From assembly GCA_963837175.1 (NCBI GenBank), contig CAWIMJ010000021.1, forward strand, positions 1 to 64,000: 64,000 nt of DNA, read 5' to 3'. The position numbers and the translations under genes are program-made. Position 1 is the first letter of the stretch, and each line of letters begins with the position of its first letter. Source of the stretch: an uncultured Nitrososphaeraceae archaeon. Lineage in GTDB: Archaea > Thermoproteota > Nitrososphaeria > Nitrososphaerales > Nitrososphaeraceae. The notes beneath the pieces are model-generated. The model searched no databases, was not told the origin of the DNA, and worked only from the letters and a program-made list of their open reading frames with translations. Of the stretch, positions 22,163-33,060 are shown one piece after another.

Positions 22163-23536
22163 ATGCCCATTCTACCGATTGATTCAGGACGTTATGGAAG
22201 TGAAGAAATCAAGAAAATATTTGAAGAAGAACAACATCTACGATACCAACTAGATTTTGAAGCTGCAGTAGCAGCAGCGCAGGCTCAAATTAAAATGATT
22301 CCGCAAGATGCTGCTGAAGATATCATAAAAAAGGCAAAATCTGGCAAAGTCACTATTGGGAAAGTTAAACAATTAGAAGCAACTACAGAACATGATACTG
22401 CTGCATTAGTAGAGGCTTTGGGTGAACAATGTTCAGAAAAATCAAGACCTTGGGTTCATTATGGGCTAACAAGTAATGATATTTTGGATACTACTATCTC
22501 AACGCAAATGAGAGACGCATTTTCTATTATTGAATCTAAAATTCTAGATATAGCAATTGCTATGAGTGACAAGGCATTAGAATTCCGTGCCCTCCCTGCA
22601 GTTGGTAGAACACATGGACAACATGCAAGTATAATTGGATTTGGCCTAAAGTTCGCGGTATGGGCTGCAGAAATGGCAAGACACATAGAAAGAATAGAAG
22701 AAGGAAAAAAACGATTTCTATTGTGTAAAACCCTTGGTGTTGTTGGAACAGGCTCTTTAATGGGAAATAGAGCATTAGATGTACAGAGAATAGTAGCTAT
22801 GGATTTGCGACTTTATACTATTGATGCCGCTACACAAGTTATTCCTAGAGAGCGACACGCAGAGATGCAATTTTTGATCGCTCTTGTTGCTTGTACGCTT
22901 GACAAGATTGCAATTGAGATTAGAAATTTACAACGAACAGAGATAGGCGAAGTTGCCGAACCCTTCAGAAAAGGACAGATTGGAAGTAGTGCAGTTCCTG
23001 TCAAACGTAATCCTATTAAGAGTGAAAGGGTTTCTTCCCTTGCAAAGATTTTACGATCATTAGTTAATGTTGCAATGGAAAACATTGCCTTATGGCATGA
23101 AAGAGATCTATCTAATTCAGCAAATGAACGATTTACGCTTCCAATGGCTGTAATTCTGTTAGATGAAATGTTAAATTCGATGAAGAAGGTCATCTTAGAT
23201 CTTAACGTAAATACAAAAAGAATCACCTCAAACCTTGATATTACAAAGGGCCAAATCTACGCAGAATTTGTTCTTGAGGCATTAATAAAGAAAGGAATCC
23301 CTAGATTTGAGGCATATCGTGATATCCAAAGGGTAGCATTTGCATCACTCAAAAGGGAAGAAGAGTTCTTTGATGCTCTGAGAAAAGATCCTAATTTATC
23401 AAAGAGCCTTACTCCATTAGAATTAAAAGACATATTTAATGCAAAAAATCATCTATCAGCATCATCAAAAATTATAGAGAATGTGGCGAAGAAGGTAAAG
23501 GCCACAAATAAAAAATATTATAATCAATTACACTAA
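22163..23536 (+). CDS. purB: Adenylosuccinate lyase
   Basis: HYGLTSND, GRTHGQHA, GSSAVPVKRNPIKSE signature, WHERDLSNSANER. Confidence 0.97.
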   Translation: MPILPIDSGRYGSEEIKKIFEEEQHLRYQLDFEAAVAAAQAQIKMIPQDAAEDIIKKAKSGKVTIGKVKQLEATTEHDTAALVEALGEQCSEKSRPWVHYGLTSNDILDTTISTQMRDAFSIIESKILDIAIAMSDKALEFRALPAVGRTHGQHASIIGFGLKFAVWAAEMARHIERIEEGKKRFLLCKTLGVVGTGSLMGNRALDVQRIVAMDLRLYTIDAATQVIPRERHAEMQFLIALVACTLDKIAIEIRNLQRTEIGEVAEPFRKGQIGSSAVPVKRNPIKSERVSSLAKILRSLVNVAMENIALWHERDLSNSANERFTLPMAVILLDEMLNSMKKVILDLNVNTKRITSNLDITKGQIYAEFVLEALIKKGIPRFEAYRDIQRVAFASLKREEEFFDALRKDPNLSKSLTPLELKDIFNAKNHLSASSKIIENVAKKVKATNKKYYNQLH

Positions 23537-23602
23537 ATAAATTTGATGTTTTTATTTTAATTTGTATTTACAGTAGATCGTTGCTAATTTTCGTTGTTCT
23601 TT

Positions 23603-24379
23603 TTATATACTTACTATTCTATTATTTTTATTAACCACCTTGAAATTTTTGTGAATTAATGAACCATATTGAAGGGCCTTTTTTGGTTTCATTGCAGACT
23701 CTCTTGGAACCCCTAGAGAAAGAGCCAATTCCCTCAGAATATGTTTTCGCATAAAATCGTCAGTACCGGTGATCTTCTGTTCAATGGGTATACCCTTAGC
23801 GAAATTAATGAATTTTTGTGATAAAAAAGGTTGTTTTGTAAGCACTCCAAATTCCGTTGTTATCTTATCTATCTCTTTAATAAGCATACGTTCATTAGCT
23901 ATTCTTTCATCCATAAAGTCTAATAGCCTTTTTTCTCCCTTTTCATAGATTAGTCTGAATTTATTATAACCACAGAATAATTCATCGCAACCATTTGCAG
24001 TTAAAATTAATTGTAGATTATTCTGATTGGCCATTCTTGCGATATAGAAATACGCTAAACAATTTTCAATATGGGAAATGTTCCTACAAGCTATTTTTTG
24101 TTGGACGTATAGTAAATCTTTCTGGAAATATTCTGGCGTTAATACTGATATTATATGAGATAAATTTAATTTTAGAGCAATCTGTTTGGAAAATTCTATA
24201 TCCTGAGATAGTGGAAATCCTACAGTTAATAATGTAAACTTCATTCCAACGTCCTTGCATATTTTTGCAAGTAAAGAACTATCAATCCCTCCCGAAAAAG
24301 CAACAGCTAAAGAAGAGCTATTTTTGTTTATCGTATCTAATACTGCTTCAAAGAGTGCTTTTTTTAGATCAGTAAGCAA
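23603..24379 (-). CDS. Asparagine synthase C-terminal (ATP pyrophosphatase) domain protein, no glutaminase domain
   Basis: AFSGGIDSS, NGCDELFCGY, KHILR, PKKALQYGS. Confidence 0.9.
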   Translation of the reverse strand: MLTDLKKALFEAVLDTINKNSSSLAVAFSGGIDSSLLAKICKDVGMKFTLLTVGFPLSQDIEFSKQIALKLNLSHIISVLTPEYFQKDLLYVQQKIACRNISHIENCLAYFYIARMANQNNLQLILTANGCDELFCGYNKFRLIYEKGEKRLLDFMDERIANERMLIKEIDKITTEFGVLTKQPFLSQKFINFAKGIPIEQKITGTDDFMRKHILRELALSLGVPRESAMKPKKALQYGSLIHKNFKVVNKNNRIVSI

Positions 24380-25163
24380 TTATATTTATACTCCTAATTT
24401 CTTGGTTAATGAAATATAGCGTTCTGAAAGATACAACTGTTTCCCTTATAACATTAGAATTTGCGAGTTACTAATGAAATTTTTGCTGTTACAATATTTA
24501 TATCTAAAGTTTACAAATATCATTTTTTACAAAAATAAGATTGTTTATCATTAATATGAATTTAAGTAAAAGTCTTCCATACAGACTAACTTACTTGTTA
24601 AAGCTGTTAGTTTAATCTTTTTCCAAATTGTGGCGCAACTACAAATTGTAGCGATCTCATAAGTGAATGTAAAACTAATACATATTATTTTTCGATATTA
24701 TGCTATCTTTTTTCTGTTAGATTGACTTCTGCCTAATGCAATTAGTGACATACATATATTATTTTACTTCCAAAAATATGTATATATATCATTATATTTA
24801 TTGAAGGTGCTATATACGTTATCCACAATTTAGTTTTTTAATAAATGAACCCAATAGCGTTGCTAACCTCAAAAATATCTGATGTTATTTATCTTCTACA
24901 TTTTGAAGTATGACACAATATATCTTTACTTTCGTGATTATCAGTAAAAGCAAATGGTCGTTATTGTATATATCGAATTATCTTACTCTTATCTGCTGGA
25001 AATTCCATATCTTTTAAGATTCGTTCCATAGACGCAACTTTTGTAAAATCTTCTGCATTAACCTCCTGCAAGAGAATGAAGCCTGAAATATAACTAATAC
25101 TTCAAAAATAATAAAATAAACGGTTTATAAGTCACAATAGTTACTTTTTATTAGAAATATTCA

Positions 25164-25980
25164 ATGGAAAGAGTAGTCCTTGACAATGATATCAAATACA
25201 TTGATATCAAAGGCAATCTATTTCGAAGCAGAGCAGAATTATCTATCTCAAAGATGCTATCCTTTTTAGGACAAAATTTTGAGTATGATATACCCTTAAA
25301 AATTAATAATGACGACATAGTAAACGTTGATTTTAAAATAGATGACAAATATATTGAGATCATAGATTGCGAAAACGATGTTAATAAATTCCTTCGAATA
25401 CGAAGAGAACTGCCAGAAATCAAAATTATTGCTGTTGGTCACTCAAAATATGCGGGTAGAGTCAATGAACTAGACTCTTTCTTCTTCTTTAATTCCAACT
25501 ACAACCAGACTGGTTCTATATTCATAGAAGATCCCTCTCTTGCTTTTGATTATGCACATATTTTACCATTAGTTGAAAAATGTTCTATACTACATGGACA
25601 CACCTCCACTGTCATGGTCGAAATAATCGGTGACATGAAAAATAATCTTATTATTGATTTTGGTGAAGCCAAGAGAATAATCAAAGAGACATTAAGTATC
25701 CTTGACCATAAATTCTTCATTAATACGAAGTATCTGCAGAAAGAAGATGATGTTTATTATCATATATCCTTTGAAGGACCACGAGGATTTTTCAGTTTAC
25801 AATTGCCGAAGATGACAACTTTCTTGCTGCCAGGTGAAGCTACTGTAGAAAACCTTTCAACTGAAATAATAAAGCTCGCTTGCTCCAAAGATGCCATCAA
25901 CTGTAGATGCTTTGGGCATATATGTTTATGAAGGAGTAAATAAGGGAGCACACATAATAGCTGAAATAAAAAAAGGTTAG
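25164..25980 (+). CDS. queD: 6-carboxy-tetrahydropterin synthase (PTPS/QueD) with an N-terminal nuclease-like domain; +1 break near 25877
   Basis: FDYAH, C..LHGH, IDFG, LDHKF, TVENL; alternative frame continues LAPKMP...YVYEGVNKGAHII to TAG at 25978-25980, abutting queC. Confidence 0.88.
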
Positions 25981-26646
25981 ATGATGAAGAGAACTACTGC
26001 CCTTGTGATGCTATCTGGCGGATTGGATTCGGCCACTTGTCTTTACTGGGCTAAAAAAAATTTTTCAGAAATTTCTGTTATTACATTTAATTATTACAAT
26101 AGGCTTGAAAACGAAAAAAGGGCTGCAGTGGAATTAGCAAGAAGAGTGAATATTGTAAACTTCCTTGAGATCAACATTCCCTTTATTAAAGAATTTTCTG
26201 ATTTTAATAATAGTAATCATCCCACTCCAGGGTATGACGGAAGGTGGGCATCATATGTTCCTGCAAGAAATCTGATATTTTATTCAATAGCGGCACACTA
26301 TGCCGAATTTCTTAATATAAAATGGATTATAGGAGGCCATAATGTTCATGATGGGACATTTTTTATTGATGCAACAAAAGATTATATAGAAAAACTAAAC
26401 TTGCTAATTAAACGCGGATGTTTGTTCAGTAACGACGATCCTTGCATGATACTCGTTCCTTTAGTTGAAATGGATAGAAAAACCATCATCAATTTGGCAA
26501 TTGAGCTAAATGTACCTATTGAATTGACATGGAGCTGCCATAATAAATCCGAAACACATTGCGGACAGTGTTATGCATGTCTACAGAGGATAGAAGCGTT
26601 CCGTTCATTAGGTATAAAAGATCCAGCATTTTTCAACAATGGATGA
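25981..26646 (+). CDS. queC: 7-cyano-7-deazaguanine synthase
   Basis: SGGLDS, YVPARNLIF, TWSCH-x6-CGQCYAC..R. Confidence 0.95.
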   Translation: MMKRTTALVMLSGGLDSATCLYWAKKNFSEISVITFNYYNRLENEKRAAVELARRVNIVNFLEINIPFIKEFSDFNNSNHPTPGYDGRWASYVPARNLIFYSIAAHYAEFLNIKWIIGGHNVHDGTFFIDATKDYIEKLNLLIKRGCLFSNDDPCMILVPLVEMDRKTIINLAIELNVPIELTWSCHNKSETHCGQCYACLQRIEAFRSLGIKDPAFFNNG

Positions 26647-26856
26647 CTATTCTCTATGAAAAAGGATCGCAATTTATCACATTCCATTGTATGTGTGTAA
26701 AGATATGTGAAAATTAGTCATAGAATCTATTGTATAGAAAGATATTTGGAAACTCATATGTCAGGTTTATCCATTAAAATAGACTATTATTACTCTTGAA
26801 ATCTGTTTATCATTTATTTGATTGCTCGGTAATTGTTCTAAATCTCTGGTTGATTA

Positions 26857-27114
26857 TTATTCCGGTAGTGGTATCGAAGATGATGTCCTAATAGCTGAGG
26901 CTGCTGCTATAATCTCATTTGTCAGTTTTGTTGTTAACTCAGTGTAAAGCTTTTCAGCCTCTTCTAATATAAAAGTAGCATAGATATCATCACTAACGTA
27001 GCCAAATGATTGTTCCGATGTAGGAAGTTTCTGTGCTACAATAGCTGATGTTTGCTGTCCACTGGCTAAAAGTTTAGCGTCTTTCATGTTCTTGTTTTCG
27101 AATCGTTTTGCCAC
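26857..27114 (-). pseudogene. Probable C-terminal gene fragment (ILEEAEKLY..L...LTNE)
   Basis: Weak start; a similar remnant (ILDLAEKNYENLVE) lies on the - strand near 31470-31630. Confidence 0.4.
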
Positions 27115-27126
27115 TTGTGCTTATCG

Positions 27127-27597
27127 TCATGCATCACTTCGACTTTCAGCCTTGACTTCTAGCTCCACTGACTTTTCTTTCTCATGTGGTAAATTCTCCA
27201 ACTCACATCTACCTCTTGCTACTTCTAGATGAAAGCCATCAGAGGGCACATCGACCTTATTGTCGACTATGGGTATTATTTTGCTAAAGTCAATTCGTGG
27301 TGTACTGGGATCTAATAATTGGATGAGATCGGAGATCTTAATGATATTACTGCTGTCAAGGGTCCAGAAGGTCCGGAAGCTGGGAACTATTATTTGCTGC
27401 TTATCAATAAATGAGCGTCCTATATCAAAAACAAGACGTAATAGTGTAGGCACATTATCTGAGGGGAAATTTTTGATTCCGATTCCTGGTGTCTTATCTA
27501 TAACATCATTTACAAAGTCTATTATATCTTGATTATTAGTCTTCTGAGCGATATAGACAAGAAACTGTTGCGTATAGTAATTTTGATGACATTCCGA
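27127..27597 (-). pseudogene. Unassigned gene fragment
   Basis: Frame stays open upstream of the called GTG back to a TAG with no proper start. Confidence 0.35.
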
Positions 27598-27879
27598 CTA
27601 GGTATAAACACTTAGTCTAGTTAATTGAGACATGGGCATAATTCAATTCTACACTTTAGTTCCTTCTTCTTCAAGCAATACTGTACACCACGTTCCGTCT
27701 TCTTCTTCCATCTGTATATACACAGTAATAAGAGAAAAGAGAATTTAAGGTTTCATATACGGTCTCTTATTTTTAGAACTTCTACAATCAAAAATTTGAT
27801 AAAGAAAAAGTAATCTTTGTCTTTAGATTAATGCTACTAGTCTATGAAACTAAATTCATATGTATGATATTACAACATA

Positions 27880-28485
27880 TCAGTATTGTATTTTAGTACG
27901 GCATTCAGCTGGTTTTATTCCATCATACTTACTCTCAATAATTTCATGAATTCCTTCACGCATAAACTCATTTGAATTTAATGATATTTGCTTTCCTTCT
28001 TCTGGTGTTATGTATGTGTTTGGCTGTAATCCAATGCTACCTGCTACAGTTTTGCTGGATTGATTGACATCTTCTAATGTTAAATCATTTACAATTCTTT
28101 GGAATTCAGATTTTGATATAGTTGCCTTTACTATTCGTTTATCAACATTACTATTATCGCTTATCGGCTCATCTGATATTATGTTAATATTATACTTGTC
28201 TGTAAAGTCTGAACTCTCGGCTTGAGTTCCGCTAAAGATAACTGGTAATGTTGCTTGTTCTGTCTCTATAGCGTCAAGCTGTAATCTTAAAATCTCTATC
28301 TCATTCTCAGCTGCAAGGTTTTGATACTTAACATTTGCTGAATCAAGTAATTCATAGCACTTACCACCAATGTTGACATTTACATGCTTTTCAGGATAAA
28401 AGCTGTAAGCCATAAGTCCACTCACCATACCTCCAATTATAACAACAACAATAGCAGGTATTGCGAATTTATAGTAGTCTACCAT
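27880..28485 (-). CDS. Membrane-anchored extracellular hypothetical protein
   Basis: One N-terminal TM helix; Cys near each end (GKCY, AECR). Confidence 0.75.
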   Translation of the reverse strand: MVDYYKFAIPAIVVVIIGGMVSGLMAYSFYPEKHVNVNIGGKCYELLDSANVKYQNLAAENEIEILRLQLDAIETEQATLPVIFSGTQAESSDFTDKYNINIISDEPISDNSNVDKRIVKATISKSEFQRIVNDLTLEDVNQSSKTVAGSIGLQPNTYITPEEGKQISLNSNEFMREGIHEIIESKYDGIKPAECRTKIQY

Positions 28486-28533
28486 TAATTTTTTGCACCG
28501 TCTTGTCTTACTGTATAATAAATACTTCTCTAG

Positions 28534-28845
28534 TTAGTTATAATCAACGTAATATCTATGGCGTCTTTCTACTTCTTTGTTATTACCAGCAAGTACTATC
28601 GAGATTTCTTGACGCAAACCTTTTTTGGCATATTCTCTAAATATATCTGACTCTTGGTTTTGGGGATAGTAAGATGATAATATGTTTTCTAGATTCTTCA
28701 TGAATTCTACTACTTTATTACGATATTCTTCTTTGGAAGGCTTCTTATTGTTTGTCGTTTTAAACCAGCTGGTTGTACACGGGGCAGCGAACGTCCTTGC
28801 AAGTTCCTCAATTACACGGTCTATTTCAAAATAGTCCATTTTCAT
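28534..28845 (-). CDS. Hypothetical protein, divergent from the Lrp-GAF regulator
   Basis: Clean 103-aa helical ORF. Confidence 0.75.
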   Translation of the reverse strand: MKMDYFEIDRVIEELARTFAAPCTTSWFKTTNNKKPSKEEYRNKVVEFMKNLENILSSYYPQNQESDIFREYAKKGLRQEISIVLAGNNKEVERRHRYYVDYN

Positions 28846-28870
28846 AATATATTATAGGCAATAGTGACTG

Positions 28871-28992
28871 ATATTCTGGCCGGAAATAAATTGAGCCACA
28901 AAATTTCCGGATCGGAAATCACATTCCCTTGTAGTTAAAAAATCATATAGTTAAAAAGAGCTAGGTATATTAACAATTTCCGATTGGGAAAT
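28871..28992. promoter_or_regulatory. Three ATTTCC-N5-GGAAAT palindromes (candidate operators)
   Basis: 28903-28919 ATTTCCggatcGGAAAT, 28976-28992 ATTTCCgattgGGAAAT, degenerate 28871-28887 ATATTCtggccGGAAAT. Confidence 0.65.
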
Positions 28993-29009
28993 GAATAATA
29001 ATCTCGTTT

Positions 29010-30032
29010 TTGAATTATGTATCTATCTTGCTTGATGAAATTGATAAGCTTATTCTTTCTTATCTAGGCAAGAATGCACGTATATCATCGTCTGAAATTG
29101 CTAATAACCTACAAGATATTGGATATGGAATAACAGAAAGAGCAATAAGGTACAGACTTGGCAGATTAGAAAAAAACAATATCATACTTGGTTATTCGGC
29201 AATTCTCAATCCTGGTCTTATTATTTCAGAAAAAATAAACCGTACAATTATTCTTAAGTTTAAATTTTCTAAAGATATTCAGGTTCTGATCGATAGGCTA
29301 AGAAACTATGTTGAAGAAGCACCATTCTGTGTTTATTCTGCTAGGCTAACTGGTGGCGGAGATTTTGATTGGATATGCCATTTTGTATTCGATTCAATTG
29401 AACAATATGAATTAGAAAGTAATAACTTTTTGAACAGGTTTGTAGAATTAATAGCAGATTATCGTTCATATGAGTCAAAGCCTGTAAAAGCATCTCCCTA
29501 TGTAGTCTTTGACGAATATGGGTTAAAGGAACAGAAATTCTACGTCTATAAGATTCTGAATTCTCTGAAAAAATACGATAATCTAAACGATAAGCTTCAG
29601 GTTATTGTCGAAAGCTTGGTAAAATATTTTAATGCAAAATTCGCTCGAGTATGGTTAGTTGACAAACGAAGGCAAAATCTAATTCTAAGATACAGTGCTG
29701 GTAAGTACAAGAATATTGATGGTGAATTTTCTAGGATATCCATAGATAGTCTTAAAATAGGACCAATAGTTAAAACGAAGAAACCTGCAATTACAAATGA
29801 TGTAGTAAACAATCCTAGGATAAAATACCCTGAGTGGGCAAAAAAAGAGAATTTGAAATCTTTTGCAGGCTATCCATTAATATACAAAGGTGAATCAGTT
29901 GGAGTTCTTGGAATGTTTAGTGAAAAGAGACTGCGTCCAGCCGATTTTGAGATACTCGGGATATTTTGCGATCATCTTTCAAAAGAACTTGCAGGATTTT
30001 TTGACGCTCTAGACTTCTTATCTATAAAATGA
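29010..30032 (+). CDS. Lrp/AsnC family regulator with a C-terminal GAF domain
   Basis: LDEIDKLIL..L.KNAR.S HTH; RLTGGGDFD RAM domain; NDVVNNPRI and SFAGYPL..KGESVGVL GAF motifs. Confidence 0.92.
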   Translation: MNYVSILLDEIDKLILSYLGKNARISSSEIANNLQDIGYGITERAIRYRLGRLEKNNIILGYSAILNPGLIISEKINRTIILKFKFSKDIQVLIDRLRNYVEEAPFCVYSARLTGGGDFDWICHFVFDSIEQYELESNNFLNRFVELIADYRSYESKPVKASPYVVFDEYGLKEQKFYVYKILNSLKKYDNLNDKLQVIVESLVKYFNAKFARVWLVDKRRQNLILRYSAGKYKNIDGEFSRISIDSLKIGPIVKTKKPAITNDVVNNPRIKYPEWAKKENLKSFAGYPLIYKGESVGVLGMFSEKRLRPADFEILGIFCDHLSKELAGFFDALDFLSIK

Positions 30033-30378
30033 TAATAAAATAAATTTATTTTATCAGCTTGTTGCAACTAATTACTAAGAATTTAAATAAAAAGACTCAT
30101 AATTGTAAGTGATGCATATGCTTTATTTTAAGCAATAAATCATCTTCCTCTATTAATAATAACTCAGACCAAAACAGTTGAAGTTACTCTTATTCATACA
30201 TGGCAACAAGAAAAGAATCACAATTAAAAAATAGATAAACAAAATATATAATGCATAAATTAGTAAATATTTTTCGAACCTTTTATGTAATCTGGATATC
30301 AAACCTAATCGAAATAAGGTCTAACTAAGAGTTGAATATTACCTATGATATAGATTTTTAATTGTTGCATGGCAACTA

Positions 30379-30490
30379 TACTAACTAACAAAAGTTCGTT
30401 TACAGATTTTTCTTAATATGTAAGGTTTACTATGCTTAAAAAATCCTTTTACTTGGTTTTAAAAGATATGCGAAATTATGTTAGACAGTA
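30379..30490. mobile_element. 112-bp MITE-like element, copy 1
   Basis: Imperfect TIRs TACTAACTAACAAAAGTTCG / CGAAATTATGTTAGACAGTA (16/20), TA at both ends; near-identical inverted copy at 62043-62154. Confidence 0.8.
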
Positions 30491-30591
30491 TACTTCTGGA
30501 AGCACTGTAAAAAGTTGTTCAATGGTAAGACTTTCAACTGTAATATTGATACCGCATTCGATACTCTCCAATCCATTTATTATTGCTATTG

Positions 30592-31066
30592 TTACTCTAA
30601 CTCTGCCATTATTCTCTTTATCAAATAATCTATTGCAATAGGCTTTTTTATAAAACATCCTATACTTATGGTTGGATATAATTCTCTTACAGCTTCATGA
30701 TTCACTTCTCCGGCAGACATAAAGCAAATCTTGACATTAAGATCTACTTTTAATATCTCTGTACATAATTCAAAGCCATTCATATCTGGCATATTAATAT
30801 CAATTAGCAATAAATCATAGAAACTTGGCTTGAATTGTGATAATACTGATAGAGGATCATTAAACGTATGTACTTCAAGTTTACTGTTACTACTATTATT
30901 TTCCTCTTCTAAAGCTAATTTGAAGCTTAAAGTAATATCAGGATCATCATCTACAATTAGAATCCTTTTGAGAAATAATGGTTCTTCTTTTTTATCAGTA
31001 AAAGCAATAGTTTGATGCTGATTGTTGATATGATGATTACCGTCTTTTATTTTTGTTACCGTTCAT
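30592..31066 (-). CDS. Stand-alone response regulator receiver protein
   Basis: Frame extends upstream of the called start: RILIVDDDPDI...YDLLLIDINMPDMNG...FMSA...FIKKP; the ATG at 31066 is out of frame by one base. Confidence 0.88.
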
Positions 31067-31758
31067 TAGTTTATGCGAGTTAGAAACTAATAAGGTTTGA
31101 TTATTAAATTAGTCTAATATTAACCAGAAGCATGTAAATATTATTTAGAAAACATGGTCTTGCTAAATAAAACACACATAATTAATTTTAATGTAAATCT
31201 ATTAAAACCTTCTGAAAATGTTATAAATTGTATATTAATCCTGTTTAAGCCATCTGAAAATTAAGAAGCATTCTCAACATTACTTGGCATCTGATTGTCG
31301 TGTCGTAGATATATATGACTATGAAATCAATCAGCAATATGGCATTTACTATAATGATAAACTTCTGACTAGTCTATTTGAATATATCACTTTGATTATG
31401 TGGCTTTGGGAATTTCGATGAAGACTGCAGCGATGATAGCGTGTGATTGGAGAAAGTGGCGGCAGTATCTATAGCATTATTGTCGATGCTTCAACAAGGT
31501 TTTCGTAATTCTTTTCGGCCAAGTCTAATATGTTATCCTTATCGTATTCAAGGTATCTGGTAACGTTATCGTTGTTATTATCTTGGTGTCCCTCACGCTC
31601 ATTTGCAGTCAGGGAATTAAAACTGGACATATAATAGCAAAGTTGTCATAAAACATAACTTTGGCTTGCGGTAAGCCTAAATCAATCTAAGACAATACAA
31701 TGTTTAACATGATAATACCTGAATTGAACGGGAAGTCAAAAGAAGGCGAAAACGGTCT

Positions 31759-32523
31759 ATGACATTAGAGAATGATAATAAACTGAAAAGAAGAATGCCT
31801 ACAATGATATCAGCAGCAAAGGCCATAATAATTCTGTCCCTTGCTCTACTTTTTACATATATGGCTTTTGTTAACTTATCACAACCTTCTTTCGCACAAA
31901 CAACAAATACAAATCAGACATCATCATCATCAGCAGCACAATCACAACCAAAAACATTAACGACACCCTGTAAATTAACAGAGTCGACGGCGCAAGGTCC
32001 AGAATATAAAGAAGGACCGCCATTTAGACAGGGTCAGGATTTTGCTAAAGGATTACAAGGACCACGATTAGAGCTAAGTGGAAAGGTATTGAATACGGCT
32101 ACATGTAAACCAGTGCAAGGAGCTGTATTAGATTTATGGCAAACGAATTCAAGCGGAGATTACGACTATAAAGGATTCAACCTTAGAGGTAAGATCGTAA
32201 CTGATAAAGATGGTAAATACCTATTGGATACTATTTATCCTGCAAGATTACATGGAGAAGGTAATATAACTCGTCCTAGTCACATACATGTATTGGTTGG
32301 AGTTCCAGGGCAACCCACAATTACTACACAAGTATATTTTGAAGGGCAACCGAGGGATTTTGCTGTAAAAGATTCATTAATAACGAAACCAGTTACTGAT
32401 GCCAATGGGACTAAAAGCGCGAATTTTGATTTTGTGATAGAAGATTATAGAGGATTTGATATCAGCAAGGGAATAATCGGCAATCCTACAATAGGTGCTA
32501 TAGGACAGGGCATCAATAAATAA
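31759..32523 (+). CDS. Secreted intradiol ring-cleavage dioxygenase-like protein
   Basis: CKPVQGAVLDLWQTNSSGDY, LRG..TDKDGKY, RPSHIH, TTQVYF. Confidence 0.88.
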   Translation: MTLENDNKLKRRMPTMISAAKAIIILSLALLFTYMAFVNLSQPSFAQTTNTNQTSSSSAAQSQPKTLTTPCKLTESTAQGPEYKEGPPFRQGQDFAKGLQGPRLELSGKVLNTATCKPVQGAVLDLWQTNSSGDYDYKGFNLRGKIVTDKDGKYLLDTIYPARLHGEGNITRPSHIHVLVGVPGQPTITTQVYFEGQPRDFAVKDSLITKPVTDANGTKSANFDFVIEDYRGFDISKGIIGNPTIGAIGQGINK

Positions 32524-32676
32524 ATAATTTTTTATTACTTTTTTACTTTTCGTTTGTAACCTTGCCTATATTCTTGTATATTTGAAATCCTTGATTATTC
32601 TTCTGATACATTGGTTAGTCATTGAAAATAATAGTTTGTCAACGATCCATTTTGTTGTTTAACATTTGCTTCTGGC

Positions 32677-33060
32677 TTGTCTGTACGACATTTCTTTCTA
32701 CTATGGCTAGTAATGTTATTTTTTATACGTATAATCATGATATCATCGTTTCCTTCTTCTTTTATTACGTCAGCGACACCAATACCGTTGACAGCAGCAT
32801 CAACAGCAGAAGAAATTATGGACGATTCATACTACAGTGATTATGAAACATATAATCCGGAAGAAGATGACAAGCTTTTAGATTGTATGCCCGGCACAGT
32901 CGCAACCTTCAGCTGTCCTTGGTACATCCTACACTATGAGAATTTGCTTGACGAAGATAACTATAGCGACGTAATCGAATTCATTGAAGGCGTAACCAAA
33001 GAAATGTGTCATGAGTTTGATTTAGGTGATATTAACATTGGTCCGAACTCTGTCATTTGA
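32677..33060 (+). CDS. Hypothetical acidic protein with a hydrophobic N-terminus
   Basis: ORF only; start uncertain. Confidence 0.45.
   Translation: MSVRHFFLLWLVMLFFIRIIMISSFPSSFITSATPIPLTAASTAEEIMDDSYYSDYETYNPEEDDKLLDCMPGTVATFSCPWYILHYENLLDEDNYSDVIEFIEGVTKEMCHEFDLGDINIGPNSVI

Noticed and set aside
23603-26646. queC/queD region as a Dpd or Qat anti-phage system
   Set aside because: No dpdA/tgt-like, TatD or KAP ATPase genes nearby; housekeeping preQ0/archaeosine synthesis is the simpler reading
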